A stretch of DNA of 64,000 nucleotides, taken from assembly GCA_002269645.1 (NCBI GenBank), contig NIVC01001946.1:155304-219303 (forward strand), read 5' to 3'. This document shows positions 45,581 through 59,400 of the stretch, in pieces. The notes under the pieces are model-generated. The model was not told the DNA's origin. It did not search any database and was given only the letters and a program-made list of their open reading frames with translations. Source of the stretch: Macrostomum lignano (Eukaryota). Position 1 is the stretch's first letter, and the number at the start of each line of letters is the position of its first letter. The translations under genes were made by a program, and so were the position numbers.

Positions 45581-48500
45581 ATGCTGAAACTGTTTCTTAG
45601 AATCTTCGCCTGTTGCAGCGTTGTTGGATTCTGGTTCGCGGCTGACGCACAGTCAATCGGTGAGTTGATTATTCAGTTTGTTGGGGCGCTTTTAGCACTG
45701 CCGACCGACCCGACGTAAGCAAAATGAGACGTCGACCCGAAGCTCAGCAAAATGCACACAGATACGTAGGATAGCACACGCTCTGCAAGATGGTTGAGAG
45801 CTCGGATCAGCAGCTTACCTCCCTCTCATCTCGACAGGTGCTGCCCAGCTCGACCAGCTCAGCCGGTCTCCGATGGGCCTCGGCCGCTACTTCCCCGTCT
45901 CCTGGGTCGTCCTCGGCAGCAGCGACACTGATCAGGGCCTGATGTCGCTCAGCTTCCGAGCCGAGCCAGGCGGACCCACAGCTCAGGGTGCCCTTCTGAA
46001 CGGCGACAAATGGGTCCGGATCTACTTTCCTCTGAACTTAACGGTCACTGGCTTTCTGGTGTTCAGCAACATCAGCAGGGCGGCGAACTCAAGCCCGGTG
46101 ACCCACTTCTACGCTGGCCACTCGCCCATGAAATCGCTGATGACCTCTTCGCCCGTGTACTCGGCTGACGCATTCAACAACAAGGTGAGTCGATCACTGC
46201 GATTATAAACTCTATGCACTTTTCTGTTCTCCACTTGGTTTAGTAGCATGGATTTTTTTGTAAATTTAACTCTATTGTATCGTTATTTACGAATTCGGCA
46301 AATTATATCAATATATTCCTAGACACATACACACAAACTCATTTAGTTAGTAACTTTTAGAACATCTTTCGAGCATTGTCTCAAGCACTGCGACGCTTTT
46401 CATCTGATCTGTGAGAAGTCTTCCTAAATGTTGTTTACCGCTCGCAGTGATATTGGTAAGCTATTGCAAATGCTTCTGATGCTGGAGAGCATCGCGATCG
46501 ACTTCCAGAAGCAAAGGTGGGTAGGGGGTGGGGTTCGAGGCCCCCTTTACCTCTCCCCCACCTGGCCAAAGCCCTTGAAGTTTTATATGCGCTCGAAAAA
46601 AGTTTTGTGTTTCCAGAGCCCTGCTTCAGGGTTTCCAGCTAAGCTACTTGTTAACTTACTTTTCATGTTGAATGACAAGCCTCTTGAAGAAGTATTATAT
46701 TATTTGATTATAGGTTTTGTGTTTTTTCATAAAAAAGAAAGACATCCGGGAATCGTAGGTTTCCAGTGCATGCCGCGGCATTTGAGCTGTAAACCGTGTT
46801 TAAGCCAAGTTTTGAGAAGTCAATTTTATCCTTCCTTCTTTTTTCTATTTATCTATCTTCTATCTACCTATATTTTATATCTATCTATATAAATAAAGTT
46901 GGATCCATCTATTTTCTATCTATCTATATACCTATACTATCTTCTTCCATCTTCCAGATTCAACCGATTGACCAATTTTGATCGCGTTTTCGCTAAAAGA
47001 CTTGCAATTATCTGGAAGAAAGACAGTTAAATTTTTTTTAATCTACTTTAATGCTAAAGGTATTAAATATTCGAAAAACGAGTTTCTCCAATGCTTTGAA
47101 GGGATGGCTCATGGGGAATTGCTGAGATGCCAAGACTTATGTGGAGAATTACTGGAATGCAGTTGCTCATGGGAGAATGGCTCAAGCTGTGAGTTTTCAG
47201 CAATTAAGGTTAAGTTAGCGTTAAGGTTAAACCATAAAAGAATCCCCCGGTCGTCTATAAAGACTTATGCATGGGCGAATTGCTATTGCCCAGTGGTCTG
47301 GCGCACGCTCTGATGTGCCAGCGGCCCATGGCTCCATTCCAAGTGCAGTCACATTAATTTGAGACTAAATTGGAACCTCGGCTCGTGCAATTAACGCACT
47401 TAAGGGCCAACCCCCAAGGCGCAGTGAAGTGTACATGCCCTAACGATAAATAAAGTTAGGGCCGCTGTACACTCCTGTGTGAGTTTGCATGTGTCTGTGT
47501 GTATGACTGCGTACGTGTCCACGCGCTTGTGTGCCTGCTCAGGGGAGTCGGCGGAATGGGCAGTAATGCCGCCTCTCGCCGGTTGTCTGTCACTTAAATT
47601 GCGCCAAGGTGCACGCAACCCCTGCGTCTTATGAAACATGGGTGGCAAAAAACTATTCATTGGCTAAGCGACTGACTCGCTCAAAACGACAAGGCTCTTT
47701 AGAACTGCTTGGAGATTATATTAAAGAAAAGTTCCGACAAGGCTTCGATTTTGTGAAACAAAATACACTATTGCCATGCGCCTACAAACTTCACAGTGCT
47801 TTCTAGAATTTACGGCTCGTAGATCCAATATTGATTTTTGCATTCTCCATCAGCCAAACGTTTGTCAGTTTCCACACTCCAAATTTACTTTGTAGAACCT
47901 GATCCATACCGGTAGATGACTGCAGTTGGCACCCAGTGCAGCTTTATACAGTATCGTAGAGAAAATTGTGAAAATTCTGTTAGATTAAGTTTCATTATCT
48001 AAACTCAATTCAGATCCGGTTGTGAAACTCAAATAAGAAATCTACATGCAGCAGCAAACATGCAAACATTTATCTTAGCATGCAGCTGCAAACTCTGATA
48101 TTTAACACCGATCCAGACGAGACCAACTAAAAAAGTTTTCCCAGTGCGTTTAGTTTTTGTGGACGCTACAAAATGCCTGAAGGATCTATCTTATATTGAA
48201 ATTAGAAGTCGTCTGCTAAATCGTTTCCCATATTTGGTTAATTATAGTATTCACTGACTCATGGGGGAGATTGTTGAGATTTCAAGGCCTAAGGGGATGT
48301 CAACTTAAGCACCAGAATGGAGCCCGAAGTTCAGCTCCGGCCCAAACCGACTGCAATCGATAACTTGTCGGCCCAGACGACTAGAATCGCCGAGACATCC
48401 CATCCGGCTCCCTTCCTTGGGGTCCCAGGGGATAAAGGGGATAAAATGGGGATCTCATGTCAACTTAAGGCTCTGGAATGGAGCCCGAAGTTCAGCTCCG

Positions 48501-51500
48501 GACCAAACCGACTGCAATCGATAACTTGTCGGCCCAGACGACTAGAATCGCCGAGACATCCCATCCGGCTCCCTTCCTTGGGGTCCCAGGGGATAAAGGG
48601 GATAAAATGGGGATCTCATGTCAACTTAAGGCTCTGGAATGGAGCCCGAAGTTCAGCTCCGGACCAAACCGACTGCAATCGATAACTTGTCGGCCCAGAC
48701 GACTAGAATCGCCGAGACATCCCATCCGGCTCCCTTCCTTGGGGTCCCAGGGGATAAAGGGGATAAAATGGGGATCTCATGTCAACTTAAGGCTCTGGAA
48801 TGGAGCCCGAAGTTCAGCTCCGGACCAAACCGACTGCAATCGATAACTTGTCGGCCCAGACGACTAGAATCGCCGAGACATCCCATCCGGCTCCCTTCCT
48901 TGGGGTCCCAGGGGATAAAGGGGATAAAATGGGGATCTCATGTCAACTTAAGGCTCTGGAATGGAGCCCGAAGTTCAGCTCCGGCCCAAACCGACTGCAA
49001 TCGATAACTTGTCGGCCCAGACGACTAGAATCACCGAGACATCCCATCCGGCTCCCTTCCTTGGGGTCCCAGGGGATAAAGGGGATAAAATGGGGATCTC
49101 ATGTCAACTTAAGGCTCTGGAATGGAGCCCGAAGTTCAGCTCCGGACCAAACCGACTGCAATCGATAACTTGTCGGCCCAGACGACTAGAATCGCCGAGA
49201 CATCCCATCCGGCTCCCTTCCTTGGGTCCCAGGGGATAAAGGGGATAAAATGGGGATCTCATGTCAACTTAAGGCTCTGGAATGGAGCCCGAAGTTCAGC
49301 TCCGGACCAAACCGACTGCAATCGATAACTTGTCGGCCCAGACGACTAGAATCGCCGAGACATCCCATCCGGCTCCCTTCCTTGGGGTCCCAGGGGATAA
49401 AGGGGATAAAATGGGGATCTCATGTCAACTTAAGGCTCTGGAATGGAGCCCGAAGTTCAGCTCCGGACCAAACCGACTGCAATCGATAACTTGTCGGCCC
49501 AGACGACTAGAATCGCCGAGACATCCCATCCGGCTCCCTTCCTTGGGGTCCCAGGGGATAAAGGGGATAAAATGGGGATCTCATGTCAACTTAAGGCTCT
49601 GGAATGGAGCCCGAAGTTCAGCTCCGGCCCAAACCGACTGCAATCGATAACTTGTCGGCCCAGACGACTAGAATCACCGAGACATCCCATCCGGCTCCCT
49701 TCCTTGGGGTCCCAGGGGATAAAGGGGATAAAATGGGGATCTCATGTCAACTTAAGGCTCTGGAATGGAGCCCGAAGTTCAGCTCCGGACCAAACCGACT
49801 GCAATCGATAACTTGTCGGCCCAGACGACTAGAATCGCCGAGACATCCCATCCGGCTCCCTTCCTTGGGGTCCCAGGGGATAAAGGGGATAAAATGGGGA
49901 TCTCATGTCAACTTAAGGCTCTGGAATGGAGCCCGAAGTTCAGCTCCGGACCAAACCGACTGCAATCGATAACTTGTCGGCCCAGACGACTAGAATCGCC
50001 GAGACATCCCATCCGGCTCCCTTCCTTGGGGTCCCAGGGGATAAAGGGGATAAAATGGGGATCTCATGTCAACTTAAGGCTCTGGAATGGAGCCCGAAGT
50101 TCAGCTCCGGACCAAACCGACTGCAATCGATAACTTGTCGGCCCAGACGACTAGAATCGCCGAGACATCCCATCCGGCTCCCTTCCTTGGGGTCCCAGGG
50201 GATAAAGGGGATAAAATGGGGATCTCATGTCAACTTAAGGCTCTGGAATGGAGCCCGAAGTTCAGCTCCGGCCCAAACCGACTGCAATCGATAACTTGTC
50301 GGCCCAGACGACTAGAATCGCCGAGACATCCCATCCGGCTCCCTTCCTTGGGGTCCCAGGGGATAAAGGGGATAAAATGGGGATCTCATGTCAACTTAAG
50401 GCTCTGGAATGGAGCCCGAAGTTCAGCTCCGGACCAAACCGACTGCAATCGATAACTTGTCGGCCCAGACGACTAGAATCGCCGAGACATCCCATCCGGC
50501 TCCCTTCCTTGGGGTCCCAGGGGATAAAGGGGATAAAATGGGGATCTCATGTCAACTTAAGGCTCTGGAATGGAGCCCGAAGTTCAGCTCCGGACCAAAC
50601 CGACTGCAATCGATAACTTGTCGGCCCAGACGACTAGAATCGCAGAGACATCCCATCCGGCTCCCTTCCTTGGGCTGACTGAAACTCCTCTCGCTGGCCT
50701 CTAAACTGTTGCTCAGTAGGCTTTCGCTGCTGTGGTAAAGCGTTTTCTCTAGCATAAAGTCTGGCAACAAGGCTGCGTGGAAGAGCGAAATCAACAAAGC
50801 GAAGGCCGGCACCAGACCTTCGATAGCTACATATGTATCTTGGTGGTAAGCGTAGCAGCCCAGGAGTTTGAGCACTGCCATTACGCTCGTACATGACAAT
50901 CGCAGCCTGCAGTCCTACTTCCTGCTTTTGCTGACGAGTAGAAGCCAGGAAGAAGTTGCAATCCTGGATCTCTAAAACCAAAGCGATTGTCCGCTGCTGT
51001 CACACACTCTAAGAATCACGCGGTAGGATTTTGAATTATGGCGCGAGAAAACGACAGAATCAAATCAAGAAAAATCAAGACGGATGCCACCGACCGAATC
51101 GGTTGCTCCAGTTTTCTAGCGGCGTCGCTTGCCGAAACTTCCAACACTCCCGGCGGCTTGGATGTGTAAATCAAAGTCTCTCCAGGAGTCACCTTCGTAG
51201 CTATCGAGAACCTCCTTGACACGAATGTTTTGAATGTAATAATCGTCTGGGCCGACAAGTTATCGATTTCAGTCGGTTTGGGCCGGAGCTGAACTTCGGG
51301 CTCCATTCCAGAGCCTTAAGTTGACATGAGATCCCCATTTTATCCCCTTTATCCCCTGGGACCCCAAGGAAGGGAGCCGGATGGGATGTCTCGGCGATTC
51401 TAGTCGTCTGGGCCGACAAGTTATCGATTGCAGTCGGTTTGGTCCGGAGCTGAACTTCGGGCTCCATTCCAGAGCCTTAAGTTGACATGAGATCCCCATT

Positions 51501-54500
51501 TTATCCCCTTTATCCCCTGGGACCCCAAGGAAGGGAGCCGGATGGGATGTCTCGGCGATTCTAGTCGTCTGGGCCGACAAGTTATCGATTGCAGTCGGTT
51601 TGGTCCGGAGCTGAACTTCGGGCTCCATTCCAGAGCCTTAAGTTGACATGAGATCCCCATTTTATCCCCTTTATCCCCTGGGACCCCAAGGAAGGGAGCC
51701 GGATGGGATGTCTCGGCGATTCTAGTCGTCTGGGCCGACAAGTTATCGATTTCAGTCGGTTTGGGCCGGAGCTGGACTTCGGGCTCCATTCCAGAGCCTT
51801 AAGTTGACATGAGATCCCCATTTTATCCCCTTTATCCCCTGGGACCCCAAGAAAAGGAGCCGGATGGGATGTCTCGGCGATTCTAGTCGTCTGGGCCGAC
51901 AAGTTATCGATTGCAGTCGGTTTGGGCCGGAGCTGAACTTCGGGCTCCATTCTGGTGCTTAAGTTGACATCCCCTTTGGAGTTGCTTGGTAGGTAGCAGT
52001 GGCGTAGCCAGGAGGGGGGAGCCGGGGGGCCGCGAACCCCCCCCCCCAATCGCCTGGGGGTGGCGTCGGGCGCGGCGATACCAAAAACCATGAGGCAATT
52101 GAGTGCCTGCGGCGCTAAATTGAGTGCCTGCGGCGCTAAAATGAGTGCCTGCGGCGCTAAAAATGAGTGCCTGCGGCGCTAAATTGAGTGCCTGCGGCGC
52201 TAAAATGAGTGCCTGCGGCGCTAAAATGAGTGCCTGCGGCGCTTAAATGAGTGCCTGCGGCGCTAAAATGAGTGCCTGCGGCGCTAAAATGAGTGCCTGC
52301 GGCGCTAAAATGAGTGCCTGCGGCGCTAAAATGAGTGCATGCGGCGCCAAAATGAGTGCCTGCGGCGCTAAAAGTGGCAATGGCATAAGGCATGGCCAGC
52401 CAGGCCAACCCGACCCCCCCCCCCAATTGAAATTCCTGGCCACGCCACTGGTAGGTAGGCCAAGCATCAACGGGAGATTTACGGTTAAGTCATGGCTTAA
52501 ATTGAGTCTTTGAGGCCGAGGTTCACAGGGCCTGATGCTATTTTGCTAAAAACGTCATTTTCCTTGAAGATAACAAATAACAATAGCGACCGTATACAAT
52601 GTCAAAACCTGCATGTAGTTTATTGAAACATTTATTATTCCATTCTTTTTTGCCTCCCCAACGGGGAGCGCAGATTGAAAGTCACATCTAATTATGAATC
52701 AGTGTGTCCAAACGCCTTTGTTCTGACTTGGCTTGTCTCAACCATTTTTTACTTCTAAATTCGTTTAGCGATACTGGTCCCAGCGTCTACTCCGCCCAGC
52801 CGTGACGTCAGAAGCCTTTCACTGGACCGCATCATCGTGTTCTCCATATTTCGCAGAATTCGCGTCTCCAATCCTTTTAGCCTCAACCGCTTGGTTAGTT
52901 TGGGGTGGCCCTGAAAAGGGCCGTTTGACTTTCCAGTCAAATGCACAACACCTACAGGTAGCTTGCCTTTGCCTTTTATCTAGAATGGGGGTGGTTGCTT
53001 TGGTTGGCTTCTGCTATTCAATTTTTGGCTTTATCGGTTCTTCGAGCGCCCCTTTGTACCTCTAACTTGGTCTCGCTTCAGTTGGCACTCCTTGGCTTAT
53101 GGCTCCCTTCCTGGGTGGCCCTTTCTTTTGGATTTCTAAACGCGGCCTAAAAGCTCCATTCTCTGCTCTAACACCTGTTTGTGGTTATAAAATAGCCCAC
53201 ATTTCCCTCAATAGACTGTGCCACCCACACAGTCTGTGTCCTATTGAAACTCTAAGCAAAGCAATCACAAGCAACTAACCAAGTTTGCGACACTCTACTG
53301 CTACAGTAGTAGTTAGTAGTATGATTGAAATCCGACAATTCTTTTCCTTTAAGCTAGCTATGTACAAGATAAGAAGAATGAGCAACTAAGATACTTCTTT
53401 GCATTTCTTTAGATTGGTTTTTTAAAGTGTTGCATATACGAACGTATTCAAGCATTTAGTCATTTCCAGTGTCACCGGTGTCGCATTTGAACACTGTATT
53501 TGGGGAGACGAAGCAATAAAACAAAAGCAGTTTGAAAAGGAAAGCAGATCGCAACTGATCCAATTGAACGGATAACTGATAGGGCAGAAAATTAGCAACA
53601 TCATTTTGCTGTGAATGTCCTTGAAATTAGCCAAGTATCTTATCATTATCTACCGGTCTTACTGTCGTGGCTGCAGATGACTGAGAACATGGTTTTCTTT
53701 TCAACTCACCATAAACTTACCAAAGCTTTTACACTAATCATTTTAATACCTTGTATTTTACCCTTCCACCCGCAGACCGAGTACTCTGTATCGTGCGCCA
53801 ACACGGACAAGTCGCCCTGTCTCGTAGCGCTTAACAGTCCATTTGAAACCCAGTTGGCTTACTTTGAAGCAACAAACTGCAATACCAGTTGCATTCTGCA
53901 GCTTGACTTAATTGGCCATCCAAGTCCTAATGGTGAGTGACAATTGATCCAACCTTCGTTATCCACTGTTGTTGATTGTTTTTAGCCTCCGTAAAAACAA
54001 CGGATCTGATTCCAATGCAAGCTGTTTAAATCGAAGCAATGGCGCACGCAGGGAATTTTAATTAGAAGGGACCGCAGCCCTAAGGGACGCCAATATTTGG
54101 TGTCATGGTGGGCGCCTCTGTCTCATGGAACCTGTCCCTCGGTGCGCGCCACTATTCCTGTCTCATAGGCCAGTGGATGCCACGTCCAAAAGTTGCCACG
54201 TGCACGTCAATGCAAAATTGAGCTCCTGTCATTCGTCGAGATTGGTTGCCTCCTTCACTTACTCTTATTTTTGGAGGGACTTCTGCGTACGCCACTATTA
54301 AAGGGTTACTAGCTACGCAAGTTAACTTTGTCAACAGGTCGCATCTAAAATCACTAGATAGGAATTACGAGTAGATACAAAAATTCCCTAAAATTCGGCC
54401 AAAGCTTTGGATGTCTGTCCAGAAACTCTAGAAAGTCTTGCTGGAATTAACCCTAGAGTAAATTTTTTTACTTGTAAGTTCTTGAAGATTCGAAACTCTG

Positions 54501-56461
54501 ATCACATGCTGAGCCGCATTGTTATGAAATGTGCGACATACTAATGTTCCGAATTTTGAGAAACTTCTAAGCGTAACGTGAGACGGAAGTCGATAGCTTC
54601 AACTTCCGTCTGCAGGTCAACAAATCGCAGATTTAGTTATGCTGCGTACACTTTTGTTTGAGCGTCTGCAACGTAAAACCTTCGATGTTAAACTTCAGCT
54701 TGCCCAGTTATCAACAGCTCAGACTACTCAAAATCTGGGCTCTGGAGCAGCCGCTCAGAGACTTTGCTGCAGCTAAACTTCTCGCGGATTCACTATGTGA
54801 CTGCCTTCACGCTTGTCAACCTGCCAGCTGGCAGCAGCTTCTGGGTGTCCTACCAGCTGGCGGCCGGCGACGATTTCGTCAATCTGACTCACGCCTGGAA
54901 TGACAGCCTGTGGATTGTAAGATTCTCAGAAAATCAAATGTAGTGACTGTAGTCGGTAAGAGACCCGGTTGTTGGGTCGTGTGGACACAAAAAATTGCCC
55001 ACACTGGCTTTGGGACTCGCAGAGAGTGAAGCCAGGATACAGAGGCGTTGGGATAAGCAGTGAATCTCTTGAGGTTCAGTGATGAAAAAAGTTCAATACT
55101 CTTAAACTGTAGCACCGTAGCCGTTGGTCGCCGTTGGGATCATCACTTGTCTGTTTCTTTCACTGGGGAACTGTCTGGCGCCGAAAAAACTAGACTTAGG
55201 TTAAAAATGAAAAAATTGAATAAAAAATCTGTTTCAGTATTGGCACATCAGTCAGAAAACTCTTTTAACCTTACGCTCGTATTAGGAGTTCTGGACCAAT
55301 CATAATACGTCTAGTTGCCTAGTTCATCTCAGACTGACAAGAATCACTGGTAACTGATAGCTGGTACATTCACCAGTCACCAGTCACCTAAACTCACGCG
55401 CAGGTGCTAATCGCACCAATAATTATTTCACACCCCCTCAGTTTCCCATCACCTACTCAAGCGAGACCTTCGTTATGCCGTTCTCCCTGACGCCGCTGAG
55501 TCTGACGCTTCACTTCGCCGCTGGATCAGCCGACATTGCCGTTGCCTCGGTGCAAGGCTGTAAAGTCAATGGTGAGTGTCCAAAAAGCTACAGAAAAAGC
55601 AAAGGAGAATAAAAGTACAGTTGGCATTCTTTAACAATTTGCTAGTCTGCCCCGATGGTTGGATGGCGTCGTTGCACAGCTGCTGGTACCCGGTGGAAAA
55701 CCGAGTCACCTGGACCGGTGCCAGCCAGTTCTGCTCCGAACACACCTGGGGCGGCGTCAGCGGCCGCCTGTTGGACGCCAAGACTGCCGTGGAACGCAGC
55801 TTTGTCGCGCCTCCGTGAGTTTTCGTGTAGGAGAATCGGCTGGGAGCATCGCTGCGGGTACACCGGGGGTGAAAGGGGCGTAGCGGTAGCGCTCCTAGTC
55901 CCAGGTTCGATTCCACGCATGGAATCTTGTCCTGGGGTAATTTGTGTGATTCTATACCGGACTCTCAAGGTGCAGTCTGTGTACTTACACTGCCTGACAA
56001 TGCGAAGTGCATGTGCGCATTCAGGGGTCAGTGAAATGGATGCGTGCACTTGACTCCTCTCTGCCAGTTTTTAGTACACGCAATACAAACTCAGGTGGCG
56101 AGGAAGAATTTCTTCAGTTTGTTTAAATTCAATCGAAAATCTACACATTTCTTGACGTCCAAACAGCAAACATGCATTTCATAAAAAGTGCTCACGTGCT
56201 ACCAGAGACGAAGCAAAGCAAAATGTTCCCGCGAAATTTTTAGTCAGTCATGCAGTCACGCATTCACTCACTCACTCACTCTAGTCAGTCAGTCAGTCAG
56301 TCAGTCAGTCAGTCAGTCAGTCAGTCATCCACTCACTCAAGTCAGTCAGTCAGTCAGTCAGTCAGTCACTCACTCTAGTCAGTCAGTCAGTCAGTCATTC
56401 ACTAAAGTCAGTCAGTCAGTCAGTCAGTCAGTCAGTCAGTCAGTCAGTCAGTCAGTCAGTC

Positions 56462-56493
<32 letters not shown>

Positions 56494-59400
56494 AGTCACT
56501 CACTCACTCTAGTCAGTCAGTCAGTCAGATTTCATTAAAACGGATGAAACTGGATGAAATGAGGATGAGCTTCAATAAATTGAAGTTCAATGCGCCCTAT
56601 TCACACTGGTCCATGGTACGTGTACGTTGGGTGACGAGCAGCTTCTTACACAAAAAACAACAGGAGTTCCGGAAGCGACGCCAGCTACTTCAGTTATTTT
56701 CACACGGGTCTCAAGCGTAACGCCAGCAACAACCAGTGGGTCTGGGGTGACGGCACTCAGCCTGAGGTTGGCGCCTTCTAAATGGGCCGGCCCGCGCCCA
56801 ACTGTGCGGCGTTGGACACTTTCACCGGAGCCATGGTGGACGTCACCTGCGGCCTGCAGCTGAAATTCATCTGCCAGATCGATAAGTACATTGGTGAGCG
56901 ACTTGGCTCAAATTGGATGAATTTTAACGTTGAATACTTCTCTTAGTTACTTTGATTTTGTTTGATTTTACAGAATCACCAAACGACTGGCATGCGATCC
57001 AGCTGAGCAGTGGGTCCACGTGTGACTATACAAGCAGGGATAATATCGCTACCGTGTCTGGAATGTTTCAAGCTCTTCGCCTGCTGAACTTGGACAGCCA
57101 GAGTAGCAAACATGTGGAGTGCGGATCCAGCTGCACTTTTGTCATGAGTTCGCCCGACGACTGTTCTAGAAGCAGGACGTACATGATTAAATACTATCAA
57201 ATGCAGGGAAGGCAGAGTGAGTTTTCTGTTATTTTTTGCAACTATAAGCCCAAACCTTAATTTGAATGAAAGTTATGTCTATGTACATGTTCTTCGATTG
57301 TTACTTACTGTTGTTAACAGTAGAAAGACCATTGGGGTGTTTTTCAAATACACATATTTTTCCTTTGTCTGGATCTCCAAAAATATTCAACCAGTTGCCA
57401 TGAAAATCCAGAACACGGGCTAAAATTTTCTGCTCTATTCGATGAAGCAACTTCAAAAATCACGAAAAATCGGCATCGTCGAGGTATTCAACGATTCTCC
57501 AACGAGTCTGGTGGCAAAACCACCAATATTGGCAAAATTTTTCTGCTCACAAAATCTCATCACGAAACCACGTCGGCTCAAAAAACTATACATATCAGTC
57601 GCAGGGACTTTGCTCTCAGCATCCCAGGCACCAGGGTCCCCTTCATCATCGTTTGGAGCATCGGCGGCGACCGTCAGTATCTTCAACAAAAACACCCGAT
57701 TGGCATCTCAGAGACGGCTGCGTTCCCAAAACTGAAATGGAAGAATCCTATCCTGCATGCAACATTCAGTCAGTAGACATAATCGGTGAATGAAATGGAC
57801 GATGGCGACCCTCTAGGCTGACCTGTAGACATACAGGCGACCTTCGGGACCTTCAACGGAGTGTCACCACGCGGCCCCGACGAGCTGAAACCCCCCGACA
57901 TCGTGATTTTAACATGGTGCAGGACCATCGTATAATATGCAGACATGCCTGGTTTGGTGCCTTGATAGAAAAATCACGATGTTGGGAGTGCCCGCTCGTC
58001 AGGGCCGCGTGGTGGCGCTCCGTTGAAGGTCCCGAAGGTCGTCCAGACAGAGCTGAATGCTGAACACGATGAGGACCATTGTATAATATGCAAACATGCC
58101 TGGCTTGGTGCCTTGATAGAAAAATCACGATGTTGGCGGTGTCAGCTCATCGGAGCCGCGTGGTGACACTCCGTTGAAGATCCCGACGGTCGCCGCCGAT
58201 GCTCCAGACGATGATGAAGGGAACCCTGGTGCCTGGGATGCTGAGACCAAAGGCCTCTACGACAGATTGACCCAGATTATTGAGCCAATATGGATTCACC
58301 ATAAAGGTTTATACAGTGTAGTGTTGGTTGTCCTTGCCACCAGTGTCTTCGACAAGAATCGTTGAATATCTCGACGATGCTGACGTCGCATGACTTTGAA
58401 AGTTAATTCGTCGAAAATGGCGGAAAATATTGAATTATATGGTAGACTTTTATGAAAATCGGTAATTCGGTTTGCGAGCTAGCTATCGTGAAATGGGTCG
58501 TGTGTATTTGTAATACACCCGTGGTCTTCCCCATGGGGAAAAATAGCGTGGTCTTTCTACTGTTACGAGTAATTGGTTTTGTAGCTAGTTTTAAGCAGTT
58601 AATTAATTTTAGTTTTTAAAATAACCGTTCTTTTATCGATAAAGTACATGGATACAGTAAAGCTGGAGTTCGTCCATCCGTCATCCACCCATCCATCGAA
58701 ATTCCATCCATCATAAAGACTCAAAGCATGTTGAAAAATAGTAGCTAATTTCATTTCTGTTTCCAATGCATAACGATTTGTCATTGCTTGCTCGGTTCTT
58801 CAGACTGCATGCAGCCTCTGCTTCCTGGCATCCCCGGCCAACTCGAGGTGGCAGTGTCAGCCTCCAGCAGCAACTACAGGCGCGGTCCAGAGACTGCCCT
58901 TCTAGGAGCAGCTCTCAACTATGAAGGTGCGATGCCAGAATAGTTTACCTGATTTTATAAAAGCTGTCACAATAACCCAATGACCGATCCAAAACCAAAC
59001 AGATCACCTAAAGTGCACCGTAGTTGGAGGCGACTCAAACTTCTACGACTATGGCGTCACGATGACCGCCTCAGGAAGAGCGTGCGTACCTTGGACTGGA
59101 TCGAATTCTGCATTCAATCGGTCCTGCATCACTCGTGAGTAGAATTATGAGAAACTGTAGAACAATGACCAGTTGGAGCACAAGGAAAAGACACTTCGAT
59201 GAGGCAAAATTGAAAGCTTTAAGGTCTGATGATTTCAAAACAAAGTATAATTCAGTAATGATTTCTGTTTCTGGCTAAGAGCCGGGCAAATGCTCGTAAC
59301 TTGCCTACGAGTCAATTTTCCCTTTGCAATTCAGTTTCAGCTGGAAAAACAACCAGATGCCAAGTTAACAGCACTGGCGGAACTGAAAACTGTCACAACT

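Noticed and set aside
48317-52091. Series of near-identical 122-aa ORFs
   Set aside because: Artefact of the 161-bp period.
54036-54152. Small element with TIR-like ends AATGGCGCACGCAGGG / CCCTCGGTGCGCGCCACT
   Set aside because: Imperfect ends and no TSD; possibly an old MITE but unsupported.
55865-55925. B-box GGTTCGATTCC in a lectin intron
   Set aside because: No convincing A box or cloverleaf; could be a SINE remnant but cannot be delimited.
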